A model generated the notes under the pieces. It made no database searches. It had not been told where the DNA came from and saw only the letters and a list, made by a program, of their open reading frames with translations. Shown here piece by piece: positions 60,293 through 64,000 of a DNA stretch of 64,000 nucleotides (positions within the stretch are counted from its first letter, which is position 1; every line of letters starts with the position of its first letter). Source of the stretch: Octopus bimaculoides (lineage: Eukaryota); assembly GCF_001194135.2 (NCBI RefSeq), contig NC_068996.1, forward strand, positions 16,464,849 to 16,528,848, written 5' to 3'. The translations under genes were made by a program, and so were the position numbers.

Positions 60293-61696
60293 TTAATATC
60301 TCATGAAAGGTTCTAAATATTTTAGCTCCACTACTGGTGGCAATTCATCGAACTCCACCATCACTCCTGGCGGGTCAATCCCTTCTCCACACATGTCTTT
60401 TAGTCTGTTGTAGGTGTCCTTGTCAACCCCGATGGCCTTCACATTCTCGGAATACACATCCGTGGACAACTTTAATCTTATAATATGTTTAAACTTTAAT
60501 ACTTTCTTTTCAGTTTCTTTGCTTTTTGCGTATGTCACAAAATTCCATCGAAATTTTCCTTTTCTTATTTGTTTTCTCTTTTCCTGATCCGCTCCTGGTG
60601 CCTTCATCTTTTCTAACCCTACTTTGAACAGTCTCTCCAGTTGCTTTTCTAAATTTTCTTCCTCCACTGGAACAACCGGTGTCTTCACCAATGTCTCTTC
60701 CTCATACAACTCCTCCTTGAACACTTCTTCAAGTTCCTTTTCGCTTACTTTATCCAGCACCATTTTGTCTTCCTTCCTTCTGGTCTCCTCCTTTTTCATC
60801 TCTTCTTTCTTCCTTTTCTGCTGCTCTGGCGGAGAGCTCACTCTCCCACTTCACTTTCTTTTTTTAAAAACACCGTGAACCCCTCCTTCGTTGCTTTCTC
60901 CTTTATCTCGACCTGTACAACCTGGTCCGTGCTCTCCTGCCTCTCCGTCTACTCTATCTGTTGGTCCCTCTGGGGGCAAGTCGCCTTCGTGTGGCCCTTT
61001 TCCCCACATGTATAACAATCTTACGTCATCGGGCAGCACTATCTCTTCGACAATTCTGCTTAGGTCTTCCACTGTTGCTTGAACGGTTAACTCTATTCCA
61101 TATTCCCAGTAGTTAACTCTTCGGGTTCTTGTGGCCTTCAGTATCTTGGTCTTCTCATTCATGTCATATATTAAGGCTGTCATCAGCTATGTTTCTTTCA
61201 GCTCTGGGGTCACTTTTCCAACTCGCACCCTGGTCACACGTTTGCCACAGTACGATGGCAAAAGTACCCTTTCTTCTGATCTTATTGCATCCGCGGAGTG
61301 CTCAATTGCTTCCTCTTCTGATGCAAAACGCTCCTCCACATTAGCGTACTTTTTCCCTCTTGTTATAAATGTGGTTAGTCTTTTTATATTCTTCAGACAT
61401 TCTTCAATAGCCTCTATTGTCACTATTTCTATTTTTCTTGTTGCTATCTTCATTGTCTTATATATCACCGTTCTTTTCATTACATTGGTTGTTAGTTCCA
61501 CAGGCGGCGTTAATTTCAGTGTATTTCCGTCTTTTTCCAGCAACTTCTCACATTTCTTTATTTTTCGGGGTTCAATCTTTATTTCTCGTACCTCCAGCGT
61601 TTTCAGTAATAATAACAGTGCCGAGGTAGTGCTGAATATTGGCGGTTTTCGAATGCAAGTGAGACATGGCGTAATCAGTGAATATAAACATGACTG
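60293..61696 (-). pseudogene. Inactivated L1/Tx1-type ORF1 (gag-like, CCHC zinc knuckle) of a non-LTR element
   Basis: Three colinear ORF pieces (61187-61543, 60851-61183, 60293-60841) separated by an in-frame TAG and frameshifts. A shifted frame at 60976-61017 reads CYTCGEKGHTKATC (CX2CX4HX4C), followed by a long Lys/Glu-rich region. The 5' boundary is approximate. Confidence 0.75.
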
Positions 61697-62189
61697 CTGA
61701 TATGCCGAGGGTCAAAATAATTTCATTATATGTTATCGTCTTCTTTAATAAAAATCCAAAAAGTAGAATTTAAAATAGAGGTCAATAATAGTCAGGTTAT
61801 TCTCAAACTGCCAAGTACTGGCACCCGCCTGACCTGAGAGAAGGACTTCTGATCATAGATTTACTATTTCACTGGCTTCTCGAAGCCCATTGCTTAAACA
61901 CGATTAATGTTCCTCTCGTATAGTTGTTAGTCTACGACTGGCGACTGCAAGTAAAATAAAGGCATGGAATGAAGAAAGGAACGACTGGATGTAGTAGCTA
62001 AGATACGACAAGGTATGATATTCAGAATATGAGTGACGAGATGAGGAGAGAGGAGTAAGTTGAGTGGGCTTGAGCAAAGTGAAGATATAGACAGCATGTT
62101 TGTCCTTATAGAAATAGTTGTGCTTCACACTAGTTGTGGTTGTGTTATTTACAAATAGATTATGTAACATCTTCAACTTTTGGCAGACG

Positions 62190-62380
62190 GCCAGCAATTT
62201 TAAGAAACGGATAAGTCGATTACATCGACCACAATGTTAATCTGGTTCTTATTTTATCGACCCCGAAAGGATAAAAGGCAAAGTCAACCTGGAATTTGAT
62301 TTCAGAGAATAATGAGTCAGAAGAAATGCTGTTAAGTATTTGGTCCGACGCGTCAATGATACTTCCAGCTCGCCGCCTTG
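62190..62380 (-). mobile_element. SINE family B
   Basis: taagtcgattacatcgacc..ttttatcgaccccgaaaggataaaaggcaaagtcaacc. Confidence 0.8.
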
Positions 62381-62699
62381 GAATGATAAATATTATATTT
62401 TATCTTTGTAGCTCCTGTACAACATTATAGTAATTTGGTAATGTTACTTGACTAATAAGTTCCCATAATCCTTTAAATATCCTTTAAAACTGATGGGAAA
62501 AACGAGCAGAAATATTCTCAAATCAAAGAGTTGGTGGAATGCTTGCAACAAAGTAGACAACTTCGAATGAATCCAAGTTACCAGGTTGGGTTGGCATAAA
62601 ATCGAGTGATAGATTAAGTCTACACACTCCTGTGTAGACGAAAACATGAATTTGATTACAGAAAGCAAAGAGCCGAGACAAATACCGCAAAGAATGCCC

Positions 62700-62892
62700 T
62701 CTATCCAAATTTTGGGGGAGGGGACCAGTCGATTAGATCGACCCTAGTGCGCAACTGGTACTTAATTTATCAACCCCGAAAGGATGAAAGGCAAAGTCGA
62801 CCTCGGCGGAATTTGAACTCAGAACGTAAAGGCAGACGAAATACCGCTGAGCATTTCACACGGCGTACTAACGTTTCTGCCGTCTCGCCGCC
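62700..62892 (-). mobile_element. SINE family B, best-preserved copy
   Basis: Reverse complement reads ggcggcgagacggcagaaacgttag..ctgagttcaaattccgccgaggtcgactttgcctttcatcctttcggggttgataaattaagtaccagttgcgcactagggtcgatctaatcgact. Confidence 0.9.
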
Positions 62893-63260
62893 TTTCATGT
62901 AAATAGTTTCATTCCGTACAAATGAAGGTGTTTAAGACTTTCCTTGAAAGGAGGGGCAGTTAGATTTGGAAGGCGTATGACTTGGGGATTAGGGTATTGT
63001 ACTCACGAGTACATGATCCTGGTTTCGATTTCTGGAAACGCATTGTGTTTTTGAGTAAAACATTTCATTTTATGTTGTTCCTGTCTACTCAGCTGTAAAA
63101 CGAGTTACCGCCCCATTTGGGAGAAGTGTTATGATCGCCATGGAAACAAGATAACTGGTCATATGACTCGTGATAATAATGTCCAAAGATTGTTGATAAT
63201 GATGTTGGTGAGGATGGTTTGATTTGAAGGAATTTCGATTTCAAGTTTAAACCGTGCTCT

Positions 63261-63291
<31 letters not shown>

Positions 63292-63304
63292 TGTGTGTGT
63301 GTGT

Positions 63305-63460
63305 CGCTGCCGCTTCACAACCTGTGCTAATGTGTTTACGTCCCCGTAATTAAACGGTACAGCAAAACAGTTCGATAGAATAAGTACTAAGCTTCAAAGA
63401 AAAAAATAGTACTGTCACCGATTCATTTGACTAAATTTTCTTCGAGACGCAGTTCCAGCA
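63305..63460 (+). mobile_element. SINE family A 3' half
   Basis: gtgtttacgtccccgtaattaaacgg..tagaataagtact..ttgactaaa. Confidence 0.7.
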
Positions 63461-64000
63461 ATTTCTAGTGGAATTGGTTTGTTCTTTTTTCACTAAATTG
63501 TTAAAAAAAATCTGACAAAATGTTCGAAGTTCAAATATCTGCAAGGTCGACTTCGATTTTATCTTTGCCGTGTCAATACCAGAGAGTACTAGTCATGCAC
63601 TGGAATCGATTTAAACTATTTATCAATCTCTTCACAATATTTACGGCCTTGTATCTATGTAAATGATTATTATTCGCGTGTATTGTTATTGTTGCTGTTG
63701 TTCGCAGGTTTATGATCAACAATATCGCAGTTATGAAAACCTCGTCTTTTATTCAGACTTCGTTATCTCATGGCATAATACAGCAGCTTGTGTTTAATAG
63801 CCATAGCTGTTGTTATTGTTCTTGTTGCTGCTGTTGTTGTCGTGGTTGTTTTTCTATTTAGCTCCAAATCAGTACTCATCTAGCAGATCTATGATCAGAG
63901 ATGATCCAACCGTGTCCACTCTCACCTTTTATTCAGGTATAATTCAGGTATAATATTATTTAATATATAGTAGTTATTACTCCTAAAGCAATTTTCAGGT

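Noticed and set aside
61131-61700. 189-aa plus-strand ORF
   Set aside because: Antisense shadow of the A-rich ORF1 pseudogene.
62022-62056. ATGAGTGACGAGATGAGGAGAGAGGA|gtaagt start-exon-like signal
   Set aside because: Weak acceptor, purine-rich low-complexity context and no partner exon.

Overview
AT-rich, microsatellite-saturated eukaryotic DNA from a gapped short-read draft assembly with many N runs. The SINE families and TTAGGG repeats suggest a cephalopod (Octopus-type) genome; this is an inference. I found no intact, recognisable protein-coding gene, RNA gene or CRISPR array, and the window reads as intronic or intergenic. It contains three tRNA-headed SINE families, CR1-type LINE 3' ends whose tail is shared with the main SINE, a decayed R4/Dong-type RLE retrotransposon, and a decayed L1/Tx1-type ORF1 with a CCHC zinc knuckle and no visible ORF2. 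DNA elements include two Helitron pieces with intact hairpin-CTAG ends, Tc1/mariner and Chapaev3 fragments, and two TIR-bounded MITEs. The most notable observations are two hammerhead-ribozyme folds (10493-10541, 41548-41618), a Merlin-like MITE with an 8-bp TSD carrying inverted telomeric repeats (54275-54849), a possible ORF1-only (HAL1-like) element, and a ~690-bp inverted duplication whose two copies each abut the tail of a different SINE copy. A few splice-site-bounded segments may be host exons but are low confidence. Several duplications across short N gaps are probably assembly artefacts. Coordinates were counted by eye, and boundaries of decayed elements are approximate.
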